Source: Nitrospirota bacterium
Lineage (GTDB): Bacteria > Nitrospirota > UBA9217
Direction of reading: 5' to 3'
DNA: 64,000 bases
Assembly: GCA_963749655.1 (NCBI GenBank)
Contig: CAVVOB010000032.1
Coordinates: 1 to 64,000, forward strand
The position numbers and the translations under genes are program-made. Below the pieces are notes generated by a model. That model ran no database searches. It worked only from the letters and a program-made list of their open reading frames with translations, and was not told the origin of the DNA. Position 1 is the stretch's first letter; the number at the start of each line of letters is the position of its first letter. Below, piece by piece: positions 20,586 to 31,895 of this stretch.

Positions 20586-20614
20586 ATATTACTCTATTTT
20601 TTCACAATTGTAAA
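20586..20614 (-). promoter_or_regulatory. Putative sigma70 promoter of the gmd-led polysaccharide operon
   Basis: Minus strand TTTACA-N17-TAATAT in an AT-rich stretch. Confidence 0.45.
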
Positions 20615-20948
20615 TAACTATTCATTTTGCCCCGATGTTTGCATCGGGAGACATTCAGCGCCTGGAATGGCTGGCCTCGGATTGCCATCCAAAGGCTTTA
20701 TACAGTCGCAGCAGATGATCCGCCCGTCCAGACTACGGGATATTGCATTCGTCGGTGCAAACAGGGATTGCCGGTATACATAAAAGTTGGGTCCGCGGAA
20801 GGTGCGGCGGCGGATCCCGCTCCGATGACTCGTTTTACATGATCTTGTCGGAGAACTATGTTCTCCCTCATGGCAGGGAGAGTTTCGGCTGTTGACGACA
20901 TGAGTGAGCCCGCCTATTTCCTCCTCATGACGGTGATAAGAATTATTC

Positions 20949-20977
20949 TTGCATTTTGACCGTAATTGTACTATCTT
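20949..20977 (+). promoter_or_regulatory. Putative sigma70 promoter of wbaP
   Basis: TTGCAT-N17-TATCTT about 105 bp upstream of wbaP. Confidence 0.35.
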
Positions 20978-21083
20978 CTAGCCATTCCCGACACTTGGAA
21001 ATCGTTCGGACATAAGCCTTCCGGAAAGTGCGTGATGCCGATGTTGAGCATACCGCGTTCGCTTCTGTACACAGAGGATTGTT

Positions 21084-22535
21084 GTGACCGGCAATGTAAA
21101 GACTATCGCTAAAGTCCTAACGCTCCTTCTTCTTGATCTCTTCGCCTTTTACAGTTCCCTGACCGCGGCGTTTTATGCACGAAAACTTATTGATCTCATC
21201 CTGCCGAGTCTTACCACGATGCCGCTTGAGTTCTCGTACGTATATTTCTTAAAAGTCTGGTGGCTTCCTGCCATTTTTCTGGCTTTTATCGCCTATGAAA
21301 GGCTTTACCTGAGGAAGTTGCCGTTCTGGGATGAAACAAGGGACCTCCTCAAGGCGCTGTCCGCTGCTACGATCGCAATTCTCGTCGTGATTATCCTCGG
21401 CACACTCTATAGCAACATTTCACGCCTGACGGTGCTCCTGCTCTGGTGCTTTTCCCTTCTTTTTTTCCCGCTGCTCCGTTATGCCGGAAAGAGACTCCTG
21501 TTCCGCATCGGCGTCTGGAAGGACAATGTCATCATCATCGGCGCCGGCGAAGTGGGCGTTGCAACAGCAAAGGGGATCAAGTCCGATATCCATCTCGGGT
21601 ACAACGTCATCGGTTTTCTGGACGATGACGACCGTCTTGGCAGGCAACTGTCTGTCGACGGCACGATATACAGAATATTCGGGAAAATAAAGCATTTCAG
21701 AAAATTCATCAAACCCTTCGACATTTCCACGGTCATAATTGCCATGCCGTCGCTTTCCGTTGACAAGCTCTCTCAGTTGACGAATGACATCCAAAAGAGC
21801 ACGAAATCAGTACTGCTCGTTCCCGATATAAAAGGCGTCGCTCTGACCAATACGGAATTGCACCATCTTTTCGTAGAGCAGCTGTTTCTGCTCAAAATCA
21901 ACAATAACCTCAAGTCTCCGTACAACAGGCTTGTCAAAAAGACCTTTGACCTGGCACTGGCCGTTCTCTTTTTGCCGGTGCTCCTCGTCCTTATCGGGAT
22001 CCTCGGGTTGATGATACGGATCGATTCTCCCGGACCGATCTTTTACCGGCATACGAGAATCGGACGTGGCGGGAAGCCCTTTCTCGTATTCAAGTTCAGA
22101 AGTATGTACCGGGATTCGCGTGAAAGGCTGGAAAACATTCTCAAGACCGACCCGCTGGCAAAGCAGGAATGGGAGACCTTTTTCAAGCTGAAGAATGACC
22201 CCCGGATCACGCGCATGGGCAACTTCCTTCGCAAGACATCACTTGACGAATTGCCTCAAATATTCAATGTCTTAACGGGCGATATGAGCCTTGTAGGGCC
22301 GCGTCCGGTTCTTGAATTGGAAATTGACCGGTATTACAAGGAGTTTTCGGACTATTACTATCTCGTTCGTCCCGGAATCACGGGGCTCTGGCAAGTGAGC
22401 GGCCGAAGCGACGTGGATTATGACGTCCGGGTCAGACTTGACTCCTGGTATGTTCTGAACTGGTCGGTATGGCTCGATATTGTAATTCTGTTCAAGACCT
22501 TTGCGGTCGTTCTGAAAAAAGAAGGCGCCTATTGA
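21084..22535 (+). CDS. wbaP: Undecaprenyl-phosphate hexose-1-phosphate transferase (WbaP-like)
   Basis: N-terminal TMs, IIGAGE domain, KKTFD, FKFRSM, DPRIT, LRKTSLDELPQ, SLVGPRP, PGITGLWQVSGR. Confidence 0.92.
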   Translation: MTGNVKTIAKVLTLLLLDLFAFYSSLTAAFYARKLIDLILPSLTTMPLEFSYVYFLKVWWLPAIFLAFIAYERLYLRKLPFWDETRDLLKALSAATIAILVVIILGTLYSNISRLTVLLLWCFSLLFFPLLRYAGKRLLFRIGVWKDNVIIIGAGEVGVATAKGIKSDIHLGYNVIGFLDDDDRLGRQLSVDGTIYRIFGKIKHFRKFIKPFDISTVIIAMPSLSVDKLSQLTNDIQKSTKSVLLVPDIKGVALTNTELHHLFVEQLFLLKINNNLKSPYNRLVKKTFDLALAVLFLPVLLVLIGILGLMIRIDSPGPIFYRHTRIGRGGKPFLVFKFRSMYRDSRERLENILKTDPLAKQEWETFFKLKNDPRITRMGNFLRKTSLDELPQIFNVLTGDMSLVGPRPVLELEIDRYYKEFSDYYYLVRPGITGLWQVSGRSDVDYDVRVRLDSWYVLNWSVWLDIVILFKTFAVVLKKEGAY

Positions 22536-22670
22536 TGACGACGGGCCTCTGCAGCGAAGCAACTCTGACGCTCTCCATCGTCACAGACAGTTGTACGGCC
22601 GGACAGCCCGGGGCGTTAAGAATTTTGATGAATGGAAACCCGAAAGAGAACTGATTTCACTTAATTTTGA

Positions 22671-23660
<990 letters not shown>

Positions 23661-23734
23661 CATTGTTCTTCTTCAGAACCCCGGGGAGACCGCTCTGCTT
23701 GAATAGTGTGACCAGTCACGCCTGAGATGAACAC

Positions 23735-24895
23735 TCAGGCCGAAGCAGACAGCTCTGTCCGATATCCCTCGAGCACGCCCATCAGGTAGTTGATATGGAG
23801 TGCAACGATCGCCGCTATGAAGTTGCTTTCGAAGAACCCCGCCACAAGAAGATTGACGAATGCCAGGGACACTCCCAGACTGAGGGCCTTCAGCAGCGGA
23901 TCCGTACTTATCCGAAACACCTTCGCGTATTTAACCAAGAAATAGAAGTGGATCCCGACTACAAGAATGAACCCGGGAACGCCGGTCTCGGCAAGCTGGT
24001 GGAGGTAAAGGTTATGCGCATGGGCTGTATTGTCTATGAGACCCGCTTCTTTATACGGCACCAGATGCTGAGGCAGCATTCCGCTTCCGACACCCACGAT
24101 CGGATGTTGTAAAAACGTGTCCCAGGCGATCTTCCAGAAATTCAGCCGGTAGACGTTTTTTTCCAGAGAAAAGCCGTCCATGATTCTCTGGGAAAACCAG
24201 GGCACGGTCACTGCGATGATCGTGACGATGATTGCGGCAACGGCAGCATAGGTGAGAATCTTTTTTAGGGATTTGGAGAGCACCAGAAGGATGATGAAAC
24301 AGACGAATATGCCGAGAAAATAGGCGCGTGCCGCGGCAAAAACTACGCCGATGATTAGGAACGGCGTATAGGCAAAGAATTTTTTGTCCTCATACAGGGC
24401 AATACAGATGTTCATGAGAAATATTATGGATACGCACCCGGCGTACTGGTTGGGATGCCCGAAATAGCCGCTCATGCGGCCGGATTCCTGATAAAAGAGC
24501 GGTTTATAGATTGCGGGAACGCCGAGGAAATGCTGGGCCAGGGCATAGAGAATGATCAGTACATTGGCGGTAAAGAGAATATGAAAGATCGTGATCACGG
24601 TCTTGCGGTTTATCCGGTAAAATCCGACAACGACATAGGGTAACCTGTCCCAAATTCCCTTGACCTTGAAAATTTCCTTGAAGGACGTGGCCAATGCCCG
24701 CGTAAAGCCGAGCCATGCATAAACAAGTGCATAGAGCAGGAAGTCTTTTTTGAAGTCAGTTTTTTTGACCGACTTCCGGTACAGATCCCAGAAGAGAAAG
24801 ATCAGTAAAAGAGCGAGGACAATGGTTGTTGCCGACATGGCGAGCACGGTTGCGACGGCAAAGGCATAGAGGAGGTACTGGACGGGTTTATTCAT
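23735..24895 (-). CDS. waaL: O-antigen ligase (Wzy_C/WaaL family)
   Basis: Polytopic; RMSGYFGHPN, RLNFWK, HPIVGVG, HAHNLYLHQLAETG. Confidence 0.82.
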   Translation of the reverse strand: MNKPVQYLLYAFAVATVLAMSATTIVLALLLIFLFWDLYRKSVKKTDFKKDFLLYALVYAWLGFTRALATSFKEIFKVKGIWDRLPYVVVGFYRINRKTVITIFHILFTANVLIILYALAQHFLGVPAIYKPLFYQESGRMSGYFGHPNQYAGCVSIIFLMNICIALYEDKKFFAYTPFLIIGVVFAAARAYFLGIFVCFIILLVLSKSLKKILTYAAVAAIIVTIIAVTVPWFSQRIMDGFSLEKNVYRLNFWKIAWDTFLQHPIVGVGSGMLPQHLVPYKEAGLIDNTAHAHNLYLHQLAETGVPGFILVVGIHFYFLVKYAKVFRISTDPLLKALSLGVSLAFVNLLVAGFFESNFIAAIVALHINYLMGVLEGYRTELSASA

Positions 24896-25089
24896 GGCAA
24901 GTTCCCTTCTTATGAAACTACTGGACTGACGGTATCCCGGTCCACAGAGATACTAAAGGGCCGGTGTTTAAGGCGGTCGCAAAAGAAAACATGACGACGG
25001 AAAACCATTCAGGACGGCTGCCTCCGCACTCACTTTGCAGAGGCGATCGAAATGAAATTTGCCGTACTGCGGACTCCTTCCCGCTTGTA

Positions 25090-26268
25090 TTATTTAATGG
25101 TCCCACTGCTTCGCTCCTCTATGAGCCCCAGAAAGAACGCGCGATAATCCTCAACCATGCGCTCCCTGCCGAAGCGACGAGCAGTCCACGACGGACCGGC
25201 TTTTGCCATTGCAGCATACCGGACGGGATCGCTTAAAACTGATGTTACCGCTGCAGCCATTTCCTCAGGACCGCCATCAACGAGCATGCCTGCAGGAGAG
25301 CCTTCCAGGGAGTCCCGGATGCCCCCGTCGTTCACGGCAACGACCGGCTTTCCCGCTGTCATGACCTCGAGCACCCAGATGCCGAAGCCTTCGTTCCGGT
25401 GGGTGCTTACTGCGATGTTGATGTCGGCATAGAACGACGGCATGTCTTCCTTTGTCAGCCTCCCGAGCCAGAGCACTGCTCCGTCCAGGCCGAGTTCCTC
25501 TGCCCGTTTTTTGAATGCAGCAGTATGCTCATTTCCCGTATCAGCGGCGACCAGAGCGAATTTAACTTCCGGCAGGTCTTTTTTGATGCGAACCAACGCG
25601 TCGAGAAATTCAATCTGGTTTTTCCAGAGGTCCCCTACCGTTCCGATGACGGGGGTGTCGGCTTTGAGGTTGAAGCGGCTCCTGATTGCGCCGTGGCGAA
25701 TAGTTCCGGAATTGAACCGGCTGAGGTCGATCCCGTAGTATATAATGCTGGTCCGCCCGGCGACGGATGGAAAAGAGGCAGTGATCTTGTCCCTGATATG
25801 ACGGGAGATCGTCACGATCCTGTTCATGCGGGACAAAAGGAATCGCGACCTCATGAACTCTGCGACCTGTACCGTGTACATGAGGGCCGGCCTGGTTCCT
25901 GAAATCATCGCCGCGAGCCAGCCCTGGATGATGTCGTGGCTGCGCTGGATATTGACAACAGCATAGCCGCCCTCCCGGATGATCTTCGCTGTGTGAAATA
26001 CGGCGCAGATTGAGCGCATTCCGGACCGCTGGACGGGATGCAGGGCGATCGCGCTGTTTCTGAACATGTCGACGAGCGGCGTGCCGGGCCTGCAGACGAG
26101 GCCCACGGCGATTCCTTGCGAAACAAGGCCTGGAAGAAGATCGCGCAGGAACTCCTCGCCGCCGCCTCTCTTCCTGAAATTGTTGATGAAGAGGATCTTC
26201 GGCTGCACGTTTTCCGGGGTCTTATTTCGAGTCACGTGAAAACCGTCCGAGTTTATGCTGGATTTCAT
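25090..26268 (-). CDS. Glycosyltransferase family 4 (LPS core)
   Basis: GGGEEFL, YYGID, EGFGIWVLEVMTAGKPVVA. Confidence 0.85.
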   Translation of the reverse strand: MKSSINSDGFHVTRNKTPENVQPKILFINNFRKRGGGEEFLRDLLPGLVSQGIAVGLVCRPGTPLVDMFRNSAIALHPVQRSGMRSICAVFHTAKIIREGGYAVVNIQRSHDIIQGWLAAMISGTRPALMYTVQVAEFMRSRFLLSRMNRIVTISRHIRDKITASFPSVAGRTSIIYYGIDLSRFNSGTIRHGAIRSRFNLKADTPVIGTVGDLWKNQIEFLDALVRIKKDLPEVKFALVAADTGNEHTAAFKKRAEELGLDGAVLWLGRLTKEDMPSFYADINIAVSTHRNEGFGIWVLEVMTAGKPVVAVNDGGIRDSLEGSPAGMLVDGGPEEMAAAVTSVLSDPVRYAAMAKAGPSWTARRFGRERMVEDYRAFFLGLIEERSSGTIK

Positions 26269-27016
26269 AGAGCTTTATGTATTTCATGAACACGGCGTGG
26301 GATTCCATCACCGAGATCGTGAATCCAGCGATTCCGTCCGCCACACCCAATCGGACGAAATACCGGTACAGGAACGCATAGAGCGGACGGAGAGTGAAAT
26401 CGATGATGCGTGCTTTTCGGCCGTTCTTGAAATGATCCGCTGCGGTCAGTGACGAATAGGAGTTTTTCGTGGAGGCAAAATGCGTGATGTCCGAGTAAAT
26501 ATAGTGTATGATGTCGCACCGCAGCTTCTTTTTCGGGCCCCGGACCTTGAGTTCATCATGGGGCGCATATCCTCCCCATGTGCAACGGTCTTTGCGAAAG
26601 AGACGGATCTTATGGTCGGGATACCATCCCGAATGATTGATCCATTGCTGCATGAAGAAATGACGGCGCGGCATTTCGTAGGCGTCGCAGTCGCTGTGAG
26701 CGAGGTCGAGAGCCAGTATTTCGTCGCGCAAAGCCGGTGAAATGCGCTCATCGGCATCGAGGTGAAGTACCCAGAGGTTTTTTGTCTGATCTGTAGCGAA
26801 TTGGCTCTGACCGATATGCCCCAGCCATTTTTGGATGACGACCCGGTCAGTATATTTTCTGGCGATGTCGACTGTAGCGTCCGTGCTTTCGGAATCGACA
26901 ACAACGATTTCGTCGGCCCAGGTCACGCTTTCAAGACATTCGCGTACGTTCTTTTCTTCATTGAATGTTCTGATGGTTACGGAAATGGGTGGTTTGCCTT
27001 TAATCATTCTGTTCAC
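26222..27016 (-). CDS. Glycosyltransferase family 2 (KdtX/WaaE-like core transferase)
   Basis: TFNEEKN, DEIVVVDS, LHLDADE, GWYPD..RLF. Confidence 0.88.
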   Translation of the reverse strand: MNRMIKGKPPISVTIRTFNEEKNVRECLESVTWADEIVVVDSESTDATVDIARKYTDRVVIQKWLGHIGQSQFATDQTKNLWVLHLDADERISPALRDEILALDLAHSDCDAYEMPRRHFFMQQWINHSGWYPDHKIRLFRKDRCTWGGYAPHDELKVRGPKKKLRCDIIHYIYSDITHFASTKNSYSSLTAADHFKNGRKARIIDFTLRPLYAFLYRYFVRLGVADGIAGFTISVMESHAVFMKYIKLYEIQHKLGRFSRDSK

Positions 27017-27169
27017 TCGGTCTCAGGCGGCATGACAATTCGGTAGCCCGGTTCATCACGGCCGGGGGCTGATCCGCGGGAATTGAAATACACGCCTGAC
27101 AGGATTTGGAGCCGCGGCAATGGCATCTTCCGGACCCGGAAGATGCGGAAGCGGGGTCATTTTAGACCA

Positions 27170-28243
27170 TCACTTGGTGGCTGTCAACGCTGAAATCTTC
27201 ATGGCCTCCTGAAACACTTCCTTAACGGTAATGGCCTCCATGCACGGCGGCCGCATGCGTATTGAGGGCTTGCACTCGGTAAAGAATTTCTGCTTGCAGG
27301 GTGAGCATTCTTTCTTTTTGTAAATTACTGCTGCACGCTTGCTCCAGGGGCCGAATTTGACCGGTGACTGCGGACCGAAGAGCGCCACGACCGGCGCCCC
27401 TGCTGCGGTTGCCAGATGCATGATGCCGCTGTCGTTCCCCACAAAAAGGATGCAGCGCTTCAAAAGAGCGATGGTCTCCCGCAGAGAACATTTTCCTACC
27501 AGGTCCACCACGCCTGATTTGAACACTCCCTGAATGCTGACGAGTGCCTCCCTGTCGCCTGCTCCGCCTACGATGACGGGCCGGCATTGTGTTTCCTGTA
27601 CGATCCGGGTCGCCAATTCGGCGAAGTTTTCCAAAGGCCATCCGCGTTGAGTAACAGCGGAGAACGGATGGATCACCGCAACCGGCTTCGATGCGCCTAC
27701 CCCGGCTTCTGCCAGGATCCTGTTGGCACGATGGTCCTCCTCAGGACTGGTCCATATTTCAAGATGATCATCACGGACCGGCACGTTGTCGGCCCTCAAT
27801 ACGTCGAGAAAATTCTCCACTTCGTGACGGTCATGACGATAGGGCACCTGTGTCGTCATCAGGAAGCCCCGTCCTTCTGTTGCAAATCCGATGCGCTCCC
27901 GTGCGCCGCTCAGCCACGCTATGACGGCGCTCGACAAGGATCGTTTGAGCACATAGACCTTATCGAAACCCCGGCTGCGAAGGTCCCTGATGAACGATAT
28001 CTTTGCGGACAAGGTGCGATGGGTGCCCCTGCTGTCGGCATGAATCGTGACCGGGTCCCAGTAAATCATCTCATCCACATAGGGTATCCCCCGAACAACA
28101 TCGGAGGACACGGGTGCCACCATCCAGGCGATGAAGGCATGCGGCTCCGCCTTCCGCAGGTTTCTCAGGAATGGAACAGTCAGGACCGTATCGCCGATGA
28201 AGCGGTATCGCAGAACGAGAATTTTCCGGGAATAAGCCGTCAT
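27170..28243 (-). CDS. waaF: ADP-heptose:LPS heptosyltransferase (GT9)
   Basis: RFIGDTVL, HEVENFL, GNDSGIMHLA, ALFGP. Confidence 0.82.
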   Translation of the reverse strand: MTAYSRKILVLRYRFIGDTVLTVPFLRNLRKAEPHAFIAWMVAPVSSDVVRGIPYVDEMIYWDPVTIHADSRGTHRTLSAKISFIRDLRSRGFDKVYVLKRSLSSAVIAWLSGARERIGFATEGRGFLMTTQVPYRHDRHEVENFLDVLRADNVPVRDDHLEIWTSPEEDHRANRILAEAGVGASKPVAVIHPFSAVTQRGWPLENFAELATRIVQETQCRPVIVGGAGDREALVSIQGVFKSGVVDLVGKCSLRETIALLKRCILFVGNDSGIMHLATAAGAPVVALFGPQSPVKFGPWSKRAAVIYKKKECSPCKQKFFTECKPSIRMRPPCMEAITVKEVFQEAMKISALTATK

Positions 28244-28827
28244 CGTTTTTTATCGTCTGCCGTCTGCAGGAGTATCCACTCGACTGCTTCTGCAAGGGAG
28301 CTGGCAATTAAGTCCGGCTCGTTGAGTCGTTCCGGACGAACGTTGGAGGGGTCGTCGGGCGCATGGCCCGTCGTGACCAGGATGGACCGGGCGCCTGCCC
28401 GTTGCCCCAGCTCCACATCGCTCCACTTGTCTCCGACGACGAACGATTTCCGGACATCGATCATCATTTCCCGGGCAGCGCGGTCGATCATGCCCGTCCC
28501 CGGTTTTCGGCATTCGCAAACAGTTGTGTAGTGCGAATTTCCCGCCCGCGGATGATGGGGGCAGTAGTAAATGCCGTCCAGCCGTGCGCCGTCAAGCTGC
28601 AGCATTTCCCGGAGAAGAACATGGGTCTCCTCAACGAAGGATTCCGGGAAATAGCCGCGCGCGATCCCGCTCTGGTTTGTGATCAGAACGACCTTGATCC
28701 CGGCCTGATTCAGCCGCCGGATCGCAACGCCGGCGCCCGGAAGAAGCCTGAGCTGCTTCAGGTCCTTGAGGTACCCTACTTCTTCAGTGACGGTTCCGTC
28801 GCGATCGAGAAATACAGCTCTGTTCAT
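28240..28827 (-). CDS. gmhB: D-glycero-D-manno-heptose 1,7-bisphosphate phosphatase
   Basis: AVFLDRDGT, TNQSGIARG, YYCPHHP, CECRKP, VGDKWSD. Confidence 0.93.
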   Translation of the reverse strand: MNRAVFLDRDGTVTEEVGYLKDLKQLRLLPGAGVAIRRLNQAGIKVVLITNQSGIARGYFPESFVEETHVLLREMLQLDGARLDGIYYCPHHPRAGNSHYTTVCECRKPGTGMIDRAAREMMIDVRKSFVVGDKWSDVELGQRAGARSILVTTGHAPDDPSNVRPERLNEPDLIASSLAEAVEWILLQTADDKKR

Positions 28828-29897
28828 AGGTTGTTCAGCAGGAATGATTCCCATTCCTCCTGTTCGACGACAGCCAGCTTGATCCTGAGCGCCCAGATGC
28901 CCTCGGGGCTGAGCTGCCGGAGCCGGACAGCATCCTTTTCCGTCGTAATAATCATATGCGATCTGTGATCAGCGGCCATTTTGTAGAATTGGACAAGGTC
29001 TGATTTTGCATATTGGTGATGATCCGGGTAGTAATGCTCGGACACGATGATCGCTCCGAGGGAACGTAGCATGGCCAGAAATCCCGCCGGCCTCGCGATG
29101 CCGCAAAAAGCGACTACCCGCGTACCCCTGAGGACCGTAAGCGGTTTGGGGTCAACCGTATGGTAACCGACCAGATCAACGGGCTGTTGAGTCGAGGTGA
29201 ATATCCTGGCTGTCGTGATACGTGAAATGGCTGTTTTGAGGGCATCAAGAGACGCCGCCTGATCGGACCGCGTAATAACGACCGTCTGTGCCCGACGGAG
29301 GGCGCTCGCGGGCTCCCTCAATATGCCTGCGGGGAAAAGTCTGCCGTTCCCGAATGGATCGGTCGCGTCTATAAGCACAATGTCGAGATCACGCCTGAGA
29401 CGGAGATGCTGGAATCCATCGTCGAGGATCACCGTATCGGGATGAAACAGCTCCAGGGCGGAACGCGCCGCCGCATACCGGTTCCCGCCCACAACAACGG
29501 GAACGTCTGAAAGCTTCGAGCCGATGAGAACCGGCTCATCGCCGCCCGTATGCGCATCAGTCTGAATGGACCGGCCGTCCGTTACCACAATCGTCTCGGA
29601 CTCGTCCCTTCTGCCGTAGCCCCTGCTGACAACAACGGGATGCCTCCCCTTTTCCCGCAACATCCCGGCCAGAAATATCACCATGGGCGTTTTGCCGGTC
29701 CCACCGAGAGTTATATTGCCGACGGAAACGACCTTGCACGGCAACGTACGGCTAGAAAGTATATGCCCGCGATAGAGCAACCCCCGGAGGCTGATAATCG
29801 TCCGGTACAACAGTGAAAGAAGGAGCAGTGCAGTCTCAATAATGATTGACCGTCTGCGCCCGAATATCACGTCTTCAACGAGGTTCTTAACGTCCAA
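28824..29897 (-). CDS. lpxK: Tetraacyldisaccharide 4'-kinase
   Basis: VGNITLGGTGKTP, SRGYG, GDEP, LDDGFQH, PAGILREP, TTEKDAV. Confidence 0.95.
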   Translation of the reverse strand: MDVKNLVEDVIFGRRRSIIIETALLLLSLLYRTIISLRGLLYRGHILSSRTLPCKVVSVGNITLGGTGKTPMVIFLAGMLREKGRHPVVVSRGYGRRDESETIVVTDGRSIQTDAHTGGDEPVLIGSKLSDVPVVVGGNRYAAARSALELFHPDTVILDDGFQHLRLRRDLDIVLIDATDPFGNGRLFPAGILREPASALRRAQTVVITRSDQAASLDALKTAISRITTARIFTSTQQPVDLVGYHTVDPKPLTVLRGTRVVAFCGIARPAGFLAMLRSLGAIIVSEHYYPDHHQYAKSDLVQFYKMAADHRSHMIITTEKDAVRLRQLSPEGIWALRIKLAVVEQEEWESFLLNNL

Positions 29898-31149
29898 CGA
29901 GCAACCTGCCTACTGCGTCCAGTGTCTTTTTTGCCGCACCTGAATTGGCTTCAATGACTCGAAATGCCCGCTCTCCCATCAGCCTTGCACGCTCAGGATC
30001 GGAAAGAAGGCTGTCGAGCTGGACATAAAGTTCTGCTTTATCTTTGACCATGACGCCCCCACCGGCAGACATGATGGCTTCTGATATTTCTTTAAAGTTA
30101 AACATATAACGGCTGAATATTACAGGCTTTTTTACAGCAGCCGGTTCGAGAAGATTATGCCCTCCCACTTTTACCAGGCTTCCTCCAACAAAGGCGATGT
30201 CGCAAAGTGCATAGAAGGCCCTCAATTCACCGATCGTATCAAGAAGCAGGACATCCTGAACCGGTCTTCTGAGCGTTGTCCTTCTCTGACATTCGTAGCC
30301 CGCGCTGTTTATGATTCCCTCGACCTCATCAAACCGTTCCGGATGACGCGGCGCGATAATAAGGATCAGATCGGGGTATTTTGCTCGCAAACGTGTAAAG
30401 ATTTCAAGTAGGGCGGCCTCTTCGCCGCGGTGAGTGCTTCCTGCAGTAAGGACCCTTTTGCCCGGCGGTATCGTGATGGGCCTGCTTTGAGTTATAGGCA
30501 GTTTCTGGTCGAATTTGAGGTTACCAGTGACCATGATCCTTTCAGGCTCCGCCCCGAGAGTCCTGATCCTGCCAGCATCCTGTTCAGATTGCATGCAGAA
30601 GCAGGTCACGTGGCTGAAAACCTGGCTAAAGAAGGTTTTGAAAAAAAGGTAGTTCTTGAAGGACTTCGGCGATATTCTGCCGTTGATAACTGCCGAGGGA
30701 ATCTTGGCACGCGTGAGTTCCCGGAAAAAATTCGGCCAGAACTCAGTCTCGGCAATGAGCACGATAGCGGGATTGATACCCTTGATCACCCGCCGGACGA
30801 TGCAGGGATAATCAAAGGGAAAATAAAAAACCGCATCAGCTTCGGGCACGCGGCGCCGCGCCGTGTAATGTCCGGTTACCGTTACCGTCGAAAGGATCAG
30901 TTTCCGGTTCGGGTGCTGTTTTTTCAGCTCCCGGATCAAAGGATGAGCTGCCATAACCTCACCGACCGAAACCGCATGCACCCAGATGGGACGTGTTCCC
31001 CGCGTCACTTTCAACACGCCTTTCCGGAGCCGACCGAGCTTTTGCGTCAAACCGGCCCGGTACTTGGGGGCCGTGAGCAGCTTGAATAAGAGCACGGGGG
31101 AAAGCAGTATCGTGGCCAAAACCAGAAAAATATTATAGAGAACGAACAT
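29887..31149 (-). CDS. waaA: Kdo transferase
   Basis: IWVHAVSVGE, ETEFWPN, TGNLKFD, AGSTH, APRHPER, GGHNLLEP. Confidence 0.95.
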   Translation of the reverse strand: MFVLYNIFLVLATILLSPVLLFKLLTAPKYRAGLTQKLGRLRKGVLKVTRGTRPIWVHAVSVGEVMAAHPLIRELKKQHPNRKLILSTVTVTGHYTARRRVPEADAVFYFPFDYPCIVRRVIKGINPAIVLIAETEFWPNFFRELTRAKIPSAVINGRISPKSFKNYLFFKTFFSQVFSHVTCFCMQSEQDAGRIRTLGAEPERIMVTGNLKFDQKLPITQSRPITIPPGKRVLTAGSTHRGEEAALLEIFTRLRAKYPDLILIIAPRHPERFDEVEGIINSAGYECQRRTTLRRPVQDVLLLDTIGELRAFYALCDIAFVGGSLVKVGGHNLLEPAAVKKPVIFSRYMFNFKEISEAIMSAGGGVMVKDKAELYVQLDSLLSDPERARLMGERAFRVIEANSGAAKKTLDAVGRLLVGR

Positions 31150-31244
31150 GACGCTACCTCGTTATCCTGTCAGATTGTCTGCCTCATTCCAAGGGATACT
31201 GAATACATGAGATGCAGTCGCCGCACGTGCACGGAATCCTGACC

Positions 31245-31895
31245 TCACGTACGATTTTCCTGAAAATACGCGTCCGCGCGAGCCATGAGATCGTTCAGCG
31301 AGGTTTCCAGCTCTTTGCGTTTATTTTGGAGTTCCGTTTCCTCTATACCATGAACAAGAACGGGTTCTCCGTACATCACAACGCCTTTTGTAAAGGGTTT
31401 CGGAAGAAGGTATTTGTCCCAGATCTTCTCCAGTATCCAGTAACGCTCTGCGCTGGTGACCACCGGCACAATTGGCTTGTCCAGCTTGCCGGCAAGGTAC
31501 AGGACGCCTTGTTTTGCCTCATAGCGGGGTCCCCGGGGGCCGTCAACCGCGAGTGCGATGTTTTTCCCGTTCCTGAGGGCGTCGACCAGCCCCAGAAGGG
31601 CGCGGTCTCCTTTTCGCTTGCTCGAACCGCGGACGACCTCGAATCCGAAACGTTTCAAAATGCTCGCCTGAATATCTCCGTCGCGGCTCTCGCTTGCCGG
31701 GATAACGACTCCGGTCCCCTGGTAGCAGCCAAAAAGAAGGAACTGGCGGCCATGCCAGAAGGCGTAGATGACGTTCTTCCCCGACGCGACGATCCGGTCG
31801 GGCACGTCCCGGTTCACGAACCGGATGCGGATGACGCGGCTCCAGAGGGACAGCACAAGCCAGCCGATTGTTGACAGAACCGTTGTCCTCATCAC
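31245..31895 (-). CDS. DUF374 / LpxJ-like lipid A late acyltransferase
   Basis: YAFWHG, SRDGD, VRGSS, AVDGPRGP, WDKYLLPKPF; lies between msbA and waaA. Confidence 0.82.
   Translation of the reverse strand: MMRTTVLSTIGWLVLSLWSRVIRIRFVNRDVPDRIVASGKNVIYAFWHGRQFLLFGCYQGTGVVIPASESRDGDIQASILKRFGFEVVRGSSKRKGDRALLGLVDALRNGKNIALAVDGPRGPRYEAKQGVLYLAGKLDKPIVPVVTSAERYWILEKIWDKYLLPKPFTKGVVMYGEPVLVHGIEETELQNKRKELETSLNDLMARADAYFQENRT

Noticed and set aside
20221-20901. Short ORFs in the gmd-wbaP divergent spacer
   Set aside because: No RBS or protein motifs; the region is better explained as promoter and leader sequence.
27587-28531. Long plus-strand ORFs such as 27587-28531, 34712-35845, 39010-39930, 42326-43303, 51475-52377 and 57397-58881
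   Set aside because: They are antisense shadows of well-supported conserved genes in GC-rich DNA and show no recognisable motifs.
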